In this document: positions 1 to 14,358 of the stretch, piece after piece
How positions within the stretch are numbered: the stretch's first letter is position 1
Layout of the letters: each line of letters begins with the position of its first letter
Origin: Perkinsus olseni
Taxonomy: Eukaryota
Length of the DNA: 34,352 nt
Assembly: GCA_013115125.1 (NCBI GenBank)
Contig: JABANN010000375.1
Span: forward strand, 1 to 34,352
Reading direction: 5' to 3'
The notes under the pieces: model-generated
What the model was told of the DNA's origin: nothing
What the model saw: only the letters and a program-made list of their open reading frames with translations
The model's database searches: none
Translations under genes and position numbers: made by a program

Positions 1-8
1 GACGGGAG

Positions 9-671
9 ATGATTCTCGTTAACACGTACCCCAGAAAGAAAACTGGGGACTATGCGATGCGGTTCAGATGCCCGTTCTCTCGTGCGACAGGCTATGTCGC
101 GCAATGTCCTTACACTGGTTACATATATTGCAGCGAGGATGATGTTTTCACCCTCGGTCTACCACCATCCCCTCATCCACCACATGAACCGCTGGACCCG
201 TCCAAGGCACGAGAGGAGGAGCGGAAGGCTAAAATGGACGATGTCATCTTGGACTGTCTCAGAAAGGACGCGAACGTCGACACCACTCTGAGAGAGCTTG
301 AACGGAATGGGCTTATCGCCGCTGGGGTCGACTCAAGAACCATCAAATACATCTACAATCGGAGGTACGTTCTGAAGAAGGCCCTAGACCCGGGGGTCCC
401 CAGATGTGTTGGCGACTCGACGGTAGAGCTCGAAGAGTTCTGTCTGAATAATAGTGCTATCCCTCCTCCGGAAGAACCCCACAAGATATTTTGCATCACC
501 CATAAGTCAACCGCCGCCTCATACTATTCATACTTCACGACACGTCACCTATTAGAGAAGGGAGTAGGTGAGGTCCATAGCGACGGTTTAGCCGTCGCTG
601 AGGATATTGGGGTCCGCTGGGCTTGCCTTCGGCAAGCATATTCCCCGACGCCCCAGGATTTGAAGTCCTGA
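9..671 (+). mobile_element. Truncated transposase-like ORF (Mutator/MULE-type or related DDE superfamily), N-terminal part only
   Basis: Intronless 220-aa ORF. It has a C..C..H..H zinc-finger-like segment (FRCPFSRATGYVAQCPYTG...PHPPHEP), a helical segment (TIKYIYNRRYVLKK...ELEEFC...IP) and then YFTTRHLLE...VHSDG, which resembles the strand leading to the first catalytic Asp of MULE transposases. The ORF then runs through hairpins into an antisense tRNA fragment and stops. Assignment by motif recall only. Confidence 0.5.
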
Positions 672-698
672 CCGAGCACCAGCCCGGGTCACCAGTGC
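644..698 (-). pseudogene. 5' fragment (nt 1-55 of 87) of tRNA-Sec(UCA), broken in the variable-arm loop
   Basis: The reverse complement reads GCACTGGTGACCCGGGCTGGTGCTCGGTCAGGACTTCAAATCCTGGGGCGTCGGG, identical to the first 55 nt of the copies at 6527 and 27283. It then diverges abruptly to GAATATGCTTGCC; the T-arm and 3' acceptor strand are absent. Confidence 0.93.
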
Positions 699-1426
699 AA
701 CTTAAAAATATTGGACCATTTTTCTGCGTGGCCGATGTTCGTCTCAGTACAACCAAACAATATTCCACCTCGTGTCGATCAGAAACGTTTTCTACGACGA
801 TTCTTTCTAGTCCCGTCACGGGACTCCCGTGTGAGGAGCTGCTGAGGCCCACAGTCACGAAACAAGCACGTGTGTTGCGAGATGTCGCCAAAAGCGATTT
901 TTTCTCGCGAGTAAAGGAGAGATGAATCATATACCCATTCCGAACAACTGGATACCACGCCAACTCGTCATCGAATCCTGTCATGCACTTCTTGCAAACA
1001 TGGGACTCATTGAGTCCGACTCAACACTTCGACCATTACAGCAGACGTTCGACAAATTTTCACGTTCGAGTGTGAGACTGGATACACTCTTAGTCCCTGC
1101 GGTAAGTTACTAAGGGCTTGTGAACGTCCGTCCAGCTCAAAGCACTCTACACTACCCTCTTGCTCAACCGGATGTTTTTCTGGCGCGCGACCCGGTATTT
1201 ACGGTGGGGCCCTGTTCCTAAGTACCCACCAATACCAATTTTCCCACAACGCCAACTACTACCACCCACTAGGTCCTCGCCCATCTATTCCTCCAATAAC
1301 TTAACAACTCAAGTAGTACTCACGAGTAGGAGTGAAGGAAGACTTCACCGACGAAAACGGTGATAGTTATGACTACAGGGGTAACCGAGCGGCAGCAGCA
1401 GCGGTAGCAGCAGAGTGACTTGGAAA

Positions 1427-4689
<3,263 letters not shown>

Positions 4690-5315
4690 GAAACGAATAC
4701 AACTAAAATAAGAACAACAATGGCAATACGCTCCCAACCGTTCAGGGCGAGAATCTTGAGCATGTAAGCTCACTTGTTAAAGGCAAGCAGCAACCTTGGA
4801 TACTCGGCCCGGATCAAAATACGCAGTTTTAACTTTAAAATTCCACGAAAAACGGAACAAATAATTTTACAATCGAGTAAACTCACGAAGGCAAGGGATG
4901 GGTGTATGAGAGAACCTCCGCCGCGAGGGGCCTCCTCCAGCCACCCGTGAGATCCCCTCGGCTGCTCGACATGAAATCGCACAAGAATTGTTACTTCGCT
5001 CCGCTAGCACGAATCTCGCCCGCCAAGTAGATCGATTACCCTTGGAATCGCTGCCGATCTACCTCCATCAACCCCTTCGGAGACTTCCTGCCAAGGTAAT
5101 GCTCGGGGCCGATCTAATCGACTTCATTCACGGCTGACTGTGGGCGTGGTAGTGATTGTGAGACTTGTCTGAAGCGTGCGAACTTAACGTGGTGACTCTT
5201 GACGTCGTCTAGTGCTGTGATGAGTCGTTGTACTCGTACCACTGAACTGGATGGGGAATATTCACGAAGGCAGTGATGGTTGGGTGGTGATGATCAGCGA
5301 CGTTATTCTTATCAG

Positions 5316-5887
5316 ATGGTACGTGTGTCTGTGCTGCGTGACTGCCTCAACTCAATCTTGAACGCCGAGAAGGCCGGTAAGAGGCAGGTCCTCATCCGAC
5401 CTTGCTCCAAGGTTATCGTCAAGTTCTTGCAGGTCATGCAAAAGAACGGTAATAATATTGACCTATCGGGCTCGAATAGTGCTTCGCTCCACGGCGTTCC
5501 TTGCTAAGGGGTGTGTGTTCATGTTGTCTTGTCGTTCAGGTTACATTGGTGACTTCGAGATCGTCGACGATCACCGTGCTGGCAAGGTCATCGTCAACCT
5601 CAACGGTCGCATCAACAAGTGCGGCGTCATCTCTCCCCGTTTCGATATCGAGACCGGTGATATTGAGCAGGTACTACTGGCGATGGGTTAGTCTTACTCG
5701 ATGGATGTGTGCGTCGCTAGAGTGCTCGGTAGCTTCATTAATGGTGTTCTCATTTCAGTTGGCCTCTGACCTCCTGCCCTCTCGCCAGTTCGGTCACGTC
5801 GTGCTCACTACCCCTTACGGCATCATGGACCACGAGGAGGCCCGTCGTAAGCACACTGGTGGCAAGGTCGTCGGCTTCTTCTTCTAA
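5316..5887 (+). CDS. RPS15A: 40S ribosomal protein S15a (uS8)
   Basis: Exons 5316-5448, 5540-5670 and 5759-5887 joined by GT-AG introns give 130 aa: [29 protein letters not shown]...[16 protein letters not shown]...[38 protein letters not shown]. Probable 5'-UTR intron at 5096-5315. Confidence 0.97.
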
Positions 5888-6526
5888 GTCAACAACAATA
5901 ACTCCAGCCACTTGAAGAGAGGCAACATGCGGCAGCCGCTACTAAGCCACTGCAACAGCCACTGACTCTCTGGGGGGTCGAAGGAGGTTTCTCCAGGAAG
6001 GCAGCGATAGCCGTGTTGTGTTCCCATAGTGTTCATACAGGAGACCTTGTCGGGATGGTATCGGAAAAACTCGAGTACCTCAAACCCGTGAAATGAGGGA
6101 GATTGTCTCGCAGGAAGGGGAAGGTCGTCAGCTTTAACGGTTGGGTATAGCTGGGCCTTCGCGGATAACGGTTGTGAGAGGATGAGCGCTTCAACACCTC
6201 TGAAGGGCGAGTGGGGGAGTCTGCCAGGAATAGTTTCCTGTAGTCACCGTGGGAGTGACATGAACACATAACCACAGCTGCTGCCACGAACTCTCTCTTG
6301 GAATTGCCGCGCGCTGGCGTATTCGACCGAATGGTACCTTCGAGGTGGACGTGCTAGTTGCCGTGGCTGGTCCGCTGTACGCATAAACCTGAGAGCCCAG
6401 GGATCCGAGATGAAGTTCGATCTGCCGGCGGTGAATTCTAGACAGCTACAGGCGAACTTCCTGTTCATTGCGGTTTAGCTATATCTGATTCGGTCTCTCA
6501 CAGAGTGTGCGAGGTCTTCATGTGGT

Positions 6527-6613
6527 GCACTGGTGACCCGGGCTGGTGCTCGGTCAGGACTTCAAATCCTGGGGCGTCGGGAGGCGCAGGCGTTCGATTC
6601 GCCCTCCGGTGCG
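6527..6613 (+). tRNA. tRNA-Sec (selenocysteine, anticodon UCA), intact
   Basis: 87 nt with a 9-bp acceptor stem GCACTGGTG/CTCCGGTGC (one T-T), 6-bp D stem CCGGGC/GCTCGG with TGGT loop, 6-bp anticodon stem with CTTCAAA loop, long variable arm GCGTC-GGGA-GGCGC, 4-bp T stem GGCG/CGCC with TTCGATT loop, discriminator G, then TTTTT. This is the eukaryotic 9/4 tRNA-Sec architecture. Confidence 0.93.
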
Positions 6614-6924
6614 TTTTTCGCATTCTAGCGTTCTTGGCTAGTGGTAGTCTGTGAGCGGGCCACGGCGCAATTATAGCAGTAGAATCCAGAGTGTCACGAC
6701 TCTGAATGTCATATAAGTATGACGAACCGTCAAAGATTGTGTGAGAGAAATACGATATCATCTTAGTGAGCGCCTAGGAGGAACTGGATGTTACCAGTGA
6801 GGTGGCAAGTCCCAAAACCAAACTCCAAAAGCAGGATGGGGAGTGCTATTCGACCATGCTGATAGTATCAGCGAGTGATTCCACGTGTAGTCACTCGCTA
6901 GTCTTCCTCCACGCCTGCGGCTCA

Positions 6925-7061
6925 GCGAACGGTTGCTTTAACCCGTGGGCAGGGGGGGGGGTCACTCGAGTCCTTCTTGGCGACCCCGTCGCTGGCGAAC
7001 GGTTGCTTTAACCCGTGGGCAGGGGGGGTCACTCGAGTCCTTCTTGGCGACCCCGTCGCTG
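6925..7061. repeat. Tandem duplication of a ~70-bp GC-rich unit (2 copies)
   Basis: Units 6925-6994 and 6995-7061 are identical except for the G run (10 vs 7 G). Confidence 0.9.
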
Positions 7062-8152
7062 GCCTCTCATTCACGCCACCTCATCGGCCCGAGGAACCCG
7101 CGCTGAGACTTGGGTGGGCGCGAGGACGCTATGAGGTGCTACGACCTTCACCAGCAAGACCAAATACCCATTGCCATCACGCCCACGGACGCGGTAGTTC
7201 TACTGATACACAGAGTCTCTGACGTGAGTCGCGAGCTCTTATCGTCACAAACTTCAGTGGCGGTTTGAAGGCGTCGTCATTAGTAGCTACTCCCTTCCTT
7301 GTGATACTGGTCAATGCTGTAGAGATCTTATCTCGAAAATCTCCCGCGTGCTGGAATTACAAGGAAACGCTACATTGAATTCATTCAGACAAACCAGCGG
7401 TTCATCTAGGTTTAAACCGGTGCATGTTGTGCGCGCAATGGGACGCCTGGTGTCCCAGTTGTGCCTCTGACGCCAGCAGGCTAGTCATCAGAATGCGTCC
7501 GGCGACGGGTCGAGCATATGACTGTCGGCTGTTTGTCGACGCCATAAAGTCATCTACCTGACGCCTTCGGGAAGTGGCTTGCGCCTACAGACCCGCGGCT
7601 GCGATGCGAAGGATCGCCTTCGTCTCCGACATAGTTTTCCTTCGCGTCACCCTCGCAACCTTCGTGTGAGATTGTCGTCCGTTTTGACGGCGCCAGTAAA
7701 TCACCGCGCCTCGTCCCGTCTTAAGGTCCGAGGCTCTGCGCTTCGTTCAGCGGAGCATATGCCCGTTGCGCTCCCGTAGCGTTGGAGGTCGGAGAGGCTC
7801 CGAGCCTTCCGTGTTGGTTGAGATTCCTTCGGTTCGCGCGACGTTTTGTGTTCACCTCTACGTCACATGCGCGACCACTTCGCTCTCTTTCAGCTCGAAC
7901 GCTGCAGTTTTCATCGATAAACTTATCTCTAGAATCATTTGACATCTTCGGCTATTCCGCCATCGATAACAGGGTACCTGTGTATCATTCGCGGGGTTTT
8001 CGGTCGTATTTGGTCGAGGGCGGCTAGGAGTCGGATGTGGACACGTACCAACGTGGAAGCGTACGAATGCCCGATGACGACCAATAGTGTTTATTTGCGG
8101 TCCTCACTGTGAGAACCTCACAGCTTTCTTATCTCTCCACGTACACTTGTCC

Positions 8153-9121
8153 ATGTCCTCGAAGACAGTCGCGGTTATCGGTGCTACGGGTTTGATCGGT
8201 AAAAGTATCAGCTTGGCCCTGTTGAGGTTGGGCCATAAGGTGATCGCTGTTACTCGGAGCATCTCGAGTAAGGAGGTTATCGCCAAGGAGCTCGAGAACG
8301 CCGGGGCTAAGGTGAGTGTACTCGGGCATGCCTAATGCTATTGCCTATCTACTATCAGGTAGTTGAGGTCCCCAATCAAAACGATGAGGCCGCATTGGCT
8401 ACCGTCTTCCGTAAGAACCAAGTCGACACTGTTATTTGCGCTATACACGGCTCAGCTCCGGTCATCAGAGATGTCGAGGGTCACATCATCAACGCTGCCG
8501 TAAAGAGCGGTACCGTTGAGCGCTTCTGCCCCGACGAGTTCGGTGTCCATACAGGAGCCATTCCGTGGGGTTTGGCTGATCTCTTCGATGCCAAAAAGGA
8601 GATGCAGGAGCTCGTCCGCAAGTCTGGGTTAAAGTGGACCGCCGTATTCGTTGGGGGGGGTGTTTTCTTATTTTGCCCCCTCACGGGAGTCAGGTCGCGG
8701 ATTCGTCGTTACCTTCGGCGATCGGGATGCTCTGTTCTTCACCAACAGCCTACAAGATATCGGAATGATGATAGCCCGGGCCTCTACTGATGAGCGCACC
8801 ATCAACAAGTACGTGCAGTTCCAGGTTAACCCGACCACTCAGGCAAAGAATCTGGAGATGGTCAGGAAGATCTGGCCGAAGACGGATTTCCCTGAGAGGC
8901 ACATTGACGAGGCCGAGCTCATCCGCCTTATGCGCGACGAGAGCGATAACGACCTCTGGGTTATCCTGTACGCCATCTTCTGCATGGGCCGTATGGATTG
9001 TCTTGATTTCCCCGAGACCATGTTGGGCGATGGTATCTTCCCTGCCGACTACAAGTTCACCACCATTGAGGAGTGCCTCTCTGATTCTGCCTTCGTCTTC
9101 CCAGACAGCAAGAAGGCGTAG
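8153..9121 (+). CDS. NmrA/isoflavone-reductase-like NAD(P)-binding oxidoreductase (one intron at 8312-8358; apparent frameshift at the G8 run 8653-8660)
   Basis: Rossmann motif VAVIGATGLIG, then VDTVICAI, RFCPDEFG, K...LKWTAV, followed in another frame by GGVFSYF...TFGD...DIG...DERTINK. Confidence 0.85.
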
Positions 9122-10353
9122 TTCCAACAACACTAATTCACTAGATTCGTTGCAGCACTAGTCAATCATGATGCATCCCGAAGGGATTGTTAACACTCGC
9201 CCACTCTCTGCTCCTTTCCACTTCTCTCTTGTCTCGTGCTGAACAACCGGTGAGTGATCAACTCAGCTCACTGGAGTACTACCTGCGGTTACCATATATA
9301 TTTCCCTGTGGAATGCCCCCTTTTAACAGGCCTTGTGGTGGGGTCGCGTTAACCTCGCCACAGTACTCTGTGCGACCTGAGAAGTCGTCTTTCTAACCAC
9401 TGAGCCCCATCGCAATGAACAGCGCCAAAGAGATCTACAGGCGGTGCATTTAGTATCATTAAACCTCTCGGACAAGTCTGAAACGGGGAGATCCCATTAT
9501 CGTTTTACAGTACTTAGCTTGTACTTTCAACTTCATCACTTAGCTGGAGAAATGACAGAGCCATCGGAAGGCACAACCACCAACTTGATTCGATGCGAAA
9601 GAGGAGGTTGGAGATACCTCCAGTGATTCAGCGGTGCAAACGTCGGCCTGCCATCAGCCAGAGCGGTGGCTATGAACAGCGCGTCAGCGAACTGTCCCGG
9701 TGGACAGCAGTCCGAGGACCGAACGTTCGTCTGGGGTATACGCGTCAGCCTCCCGCTCGCGGACAGCTGAGCCTGCACTTACCCTCTGTCCTGGCTATTT
9801 TGCATTTCTCTCATGAGAACTCCCCATGAAACAAAAGCTAATCTGAAAATTGAGCGGGATCGCAGCGGAGCATCGAGTTGACCCCCTACAAACGAGCTCA
9901 TAATTATAACATCATGAGCCTACTGTCCAGCACGAAGCGCAGAACTCAAGAGTGGTTATCGCTGTTGCATTAGGGTATCCGCGGTGGAAAATCTGAATCC
10001 TTCAAGTGGTACTACCCCATCCTCAGTTTTCAGTCTGATTGTCATCGGATTTGATTCCTGTCGAGTGCGACTGAACTTGCATGAGAGTGTTAGTCATGTA
10101 TCTTCGTGTTTATATTTGGAAGCGTAAGACTGGGTGCATGATAAACGTCCGCAACACTCGCTGAAGTATTCATCAGACCGCTGTAATCAACATGATGCTC
10201 GATGAACATCGAGCGACTATGATAGAGTAGCCGCGTAGACGTTTGACGTGTCTCGGGAGATAGCCGGTCGAGCGAAATACTGTAGTTGAGAGTCAGGCAG
10301 ATATTCCTCGCCGGGGGGAGAGTCAAACTTCAAAGTCTCGTTGCCGAACTGAA

Positions 10354-13300
10354 ATGGCGGACTCCTTAGACAGTCTCATCCTGGGCGATAAGGCGGGACC
10401 GTTGACTCGCACGCGTGAAGAGATGGCTGCGGCTGAGGAGAATAGACGATTGGAAGAAGTACGACAGGATAAGGCTGAACTTTGAGTGCTGATGCTAAGC
10501 TGAGTGCTTGCAGGAGATCGCTCAGCTACAGTCAGAGCCTCTGCAGTCCGAGAAGACCACAAAGGGCATTGTAGCACTCCCAAGTAGTCATTATGCCCGC
10601 CGAGCACTGCACGAATCAGACTGACTTTTAGAGCAGCACGCTGAGCCAAACGATAACCACGAGGATGAGGAGCTCGAGGCGCTCTTCAACGAATGGAGCA
10701 CCGAGGGTGGGTTCATCTATATGACACGAGATTGGATACCACTACACTGGCACTCGATTAACTCAATACCCAGCCTGAACGATCAGGCGAGAAGTCTAGA
10801 CCCCAGGGGCCTCATGCTCGTTATACCGTACCGACCCCATCAGCCGACCAGGGAAACGGCAGACTTAACAAGCGACTGAAACGAAAAACTGAGTCCGATG
10901 GTGAAGGAAAAGAGGGAGGAGAGCCTTCACAGTTCAGCACCACAACCGCGGCGGCTGCGCTACCATCACTGAGTGGTCGGTATGGGCCGTGCATTGCTAG
11001 TGCGTCGATTAGTCGGCGGACCGAGTGTGCCCGGCAGCGGAGGTCTCCTCCTCTCCCTCGTTGAGAGGATGTGGCCGTTGGAATACTCTAATACTCAGGT
11101 CTTCTCGGCAATCCACAGCCACACGAGAAGCCCAGCGGGGCATCAGACCAGTAAGGAACAATGTCCTTAAGTCAACGGTTGGAGCCAACTGCATGCAGGA
11201 AGCCAATCAAGCAAACTGCACTGAGGGAGGCAACTAAGGCTTCTGCGGCCCTCCGGTCGAACGAGAAGGAGAATCACGTTGCTTCCGCAGTAGCAGCAGT
11301 AGCGGTGAACCCGCCGCTATTGACAACCACATCCGGTGAGTTTTGAAGACTACCAACGGTCCAGCCAGGGTTCGTCGTAGGTCTGCTCAGTAAACGGCTC
11401 TCAACGGGGCCCACGCAGGGAGCCCCACCGTCAAGCATTGGAGACCGATCCTTCAACGCCTCCTCGGTCGACAAACCGACCCCCGCCGGCGACCTCAACG
11501 AAGGAATCTTCGGTAGTGGGCCACTGCCCTCCGAGGAGGCGCCAGTCTATAAGCCAGATCACCGGATGACTAAACTCTTCTCTCCTTCAACTCACACTCG
11601 TCTAGAAGAGTCTTTTGATCCGAGTAGAAACAACAACAACCTGCAGCCGCTCTCCGAAGAGCTCATCAAGTGAGAACTCATTTTGCGTGTCGCCGTGCGT
11701 GCTAGAGCTTTTGGGTATGGTCAGTTCGCTGGACCTCTCTGGCTTTCAGGGCCAACCTCGGACGCCACGAAGCCGAGAGGGTGGCTAGGAGAACTCAGGA
11801 GAACCTGGAGGTATGCTGCCTCTATAGGAAATAGTTTAACTCCATTCACGCCCGAGATGCCATCGCCTCAGGCCAAGATAGCTGACTTGGAGAAAGCACG
11901 TGCCATGGATGATTTGCGGGCCAGGGATGAGGTTAGCGGTCGAACGTGGCATAATACCCGCTACTCGAGATCGCCCCCTCGACTGTTTTTCACACACCGT
12001 CACAGGTCGAACGGCTGAATTGGAAGGTCGAAAGAGCCAGAGAGGAATTAGAGGATGAACGCGCCCGCTATGAAGGTCGGTCCCGCTGGCAGTTGGCGTA
12101 CTCGGGAATACCGCCTTGACCGAGCTGGTCGGCTCAGAACGTCTACGAAGACTTGAAGAGCAACGCAGTTTGGATAAACAGCGTTCGGAGGAGGAGCTGC
12201 GGCGTGCAGTCTCCGATGAGACGAAAAGGTACGCCGCGTCACTGACATTATCTGAGATGCTCCCAACGAGCAGGCAAGAGCTGGCCACAGAGCGGATAGT
12301 GTATCAACACCGTCGTGAGGTAGAAGCCCTCAAATCCGATCACGAGAGGGAGATCCACATGATGCGGCGGAAACACGGTGAGTCCCTCAAGCCGCCATGG
12401 ATGTTGAATCAATGCCCTGGACGCCTGTTCTCACTGTACTTCAGAAGCCGAGATCGCATCATTAAAGGCATCGTCCGGGGAGAGAGAAAAACTATCCGAA
12501 CTCACAGCGCAGGTGCAACTACGAGGTCGACACCATTGGGCCCGGGGTTGATGTCATTGCTCGTAGATGGTAGCCCACATGGCCCAGTGGGAGGACATGG
12601 CCAATGCTGTGAAGGGCAGTACGGCAATCACGGAGCAGATGAAGTGGGGCGAGGTTCTGGCGGCCCTTTGGACAGCTCCGAACCTCAGAAACGAGCAGCT
12701 CTCAGCGAGGGAGAACTTCGTGAAGTCACTGGAGACCTCGATGAAGGAGCAACAGCGACAGATTGAGGTTCGTCAGCTACCGGTGCCGCGGTCGACGGGT
12801 GGGCTCTGCTAGGTCGAACGATGTAAACTGAGTGAGCTCACCCGAGAGATAGAGGAAGAGCAGAAGTAGGGGATGCATAGGGCTGAGTTCCGACACGGGA
12901 TGCTCTCGCAGGCAACACCGACTGACTCGAGAGACGGAGTCGCAAAGGCTGCAGCTTGAGCATGTACGGCTACAGGAGCTGCAGGAGACGGCACGACAAA
13001 TGCAGCGAGATAGCAAGTGAACTTTCGCCTGGCTGTCGGGCCTCGCCCATAGCGGCACTCGGGCGGTGGGCAGTCGAGCAGAACTAGCTCGGCGTCTCAG
13101 CATCACTGATGAATTGACTTGATGAAGCTGCGTTTGGGAGGTCAGGTCCGCCCTGGTCTCGAGGGAAACCGCAGCGGAAATGGCCGTTCGCGATTTGAAT
13201 GAGCAGAAGCTGGCCTTGGAGTCTCAGAGGAAGGCTTTCGAACTCGACTGTGAAGATCAAGAAAGGAGGCGGGTCCGAGAGGAGCGTTCAATCGGGAAGA

Positions 13301-14358
13301 TGATTCTCAGGTTACGTTCGGAGTGGGAGAAGCTACGATGCGTGCAGAAGTCCACCGACCTCAGCCTGACAGCAACACAGAGGAGAGCCAACGAGACCGA
13401 GGCAGCGGTTGCACGGCATCGAGATCGGGCCGCGGCCGAGATAGAAGCCATCGAGAGGCAGCGTGTGCAGGCAGGGATTGAGTCGTGCCTAGCTCCCACA
13501 GGCTGGACTTTGCTAGGTGGAGGAGGACACGGCAGAACTGAATAGGAAACTCAACCTCCTTCGAGACCAGGAAGCGGACGTTAGAGCCGACATGGCCGGC
13601 GTGGTGATGACGCTCATTACACCACTCGAGCGCAGCCTCTGTCCTAGGTCGAGCTGGCTGCACGACTCAACAGTCGGGCGCAGCAGGTCGCCCAAGCCTA
13701 TGGGGCAGCTGAGCATGTTAGGGCGGAGGTGAGCTCGCCTGTCGCCCCCGCGGCCGGTAGGCGTTCGTCGCTGCAGGCACACAGACTTCATGCTGAGCTG
13801 AATGAGAGGGAGGAGGAACTTACCCAGGGGGCGAGGGAGTTGGAGGAAATGAGGAAGTTGGAGCTGACAAGCGTACCGGTCATCGTTGTGACGCTACTCC
13901 TCCCAGGGAGATCGAAGAGCAGCGGTTGAGAGTGATGGAGGCGGAGGCCGCGGTCAGTGCCCGAAAGCTCGAAGCGATCGAGCAGACTAAGCCGTTCAGC
14001 GTCACCGCTGGGACAGTTGGCTCCTTGCCGAACGTAGCGGAGGGCTCGGGTTGAGCATAACGGCTTATGAAACCTCTACCGAATTATTGCGTGATGAGGG
14101 AAGTTATCTGTGCGTCTATGTGGTAACTTCATTTAGTTGACGGTACCCTCAGGAGGAGCCGGCTTACCACCGGCCTCGCAAACTTACCATGGCCAGGCGA
14201 TAAGCATGTCCCGAGGTGAGTATTAATGGTGAATGTAGGGACTGGCAATTTCTTGGAGGCTTACTAACTCAGTCACCACGAGACCGCAGCTGTTGCCCTC
14301 CGCCGAGACCGACAAGTGGAGGAAGTTGAAGGAGGAGGCCATGCAAGTTGATGAGTGA
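10354..14358 (+). CDS. Large multi-exon coiled-coil protein (possibly FBF1-like); boundaries approximate
   Basis: A series of short E/R/Q-rich exon-like ORF pieces bounded by GT/GC..AG (e.g. SERLRRLEEQRSLDKQRSEEELRR, EQLSARENFVKSLETSMKEQQRQIE, AVRDLNEQKLALESQRKAFELDCEDQERRR). The N-terminal part is low-complexity and the exact exon chain is not resolved. Confidence 0.55.

Noticed and set aside
7390-7620. GC-rich hairpin-containing segment considered as SRP, RNase P or MRP RNA
   Set aside because: The conserved SRP helix-8 and RNase P/MRP P4 motifs could not be found.
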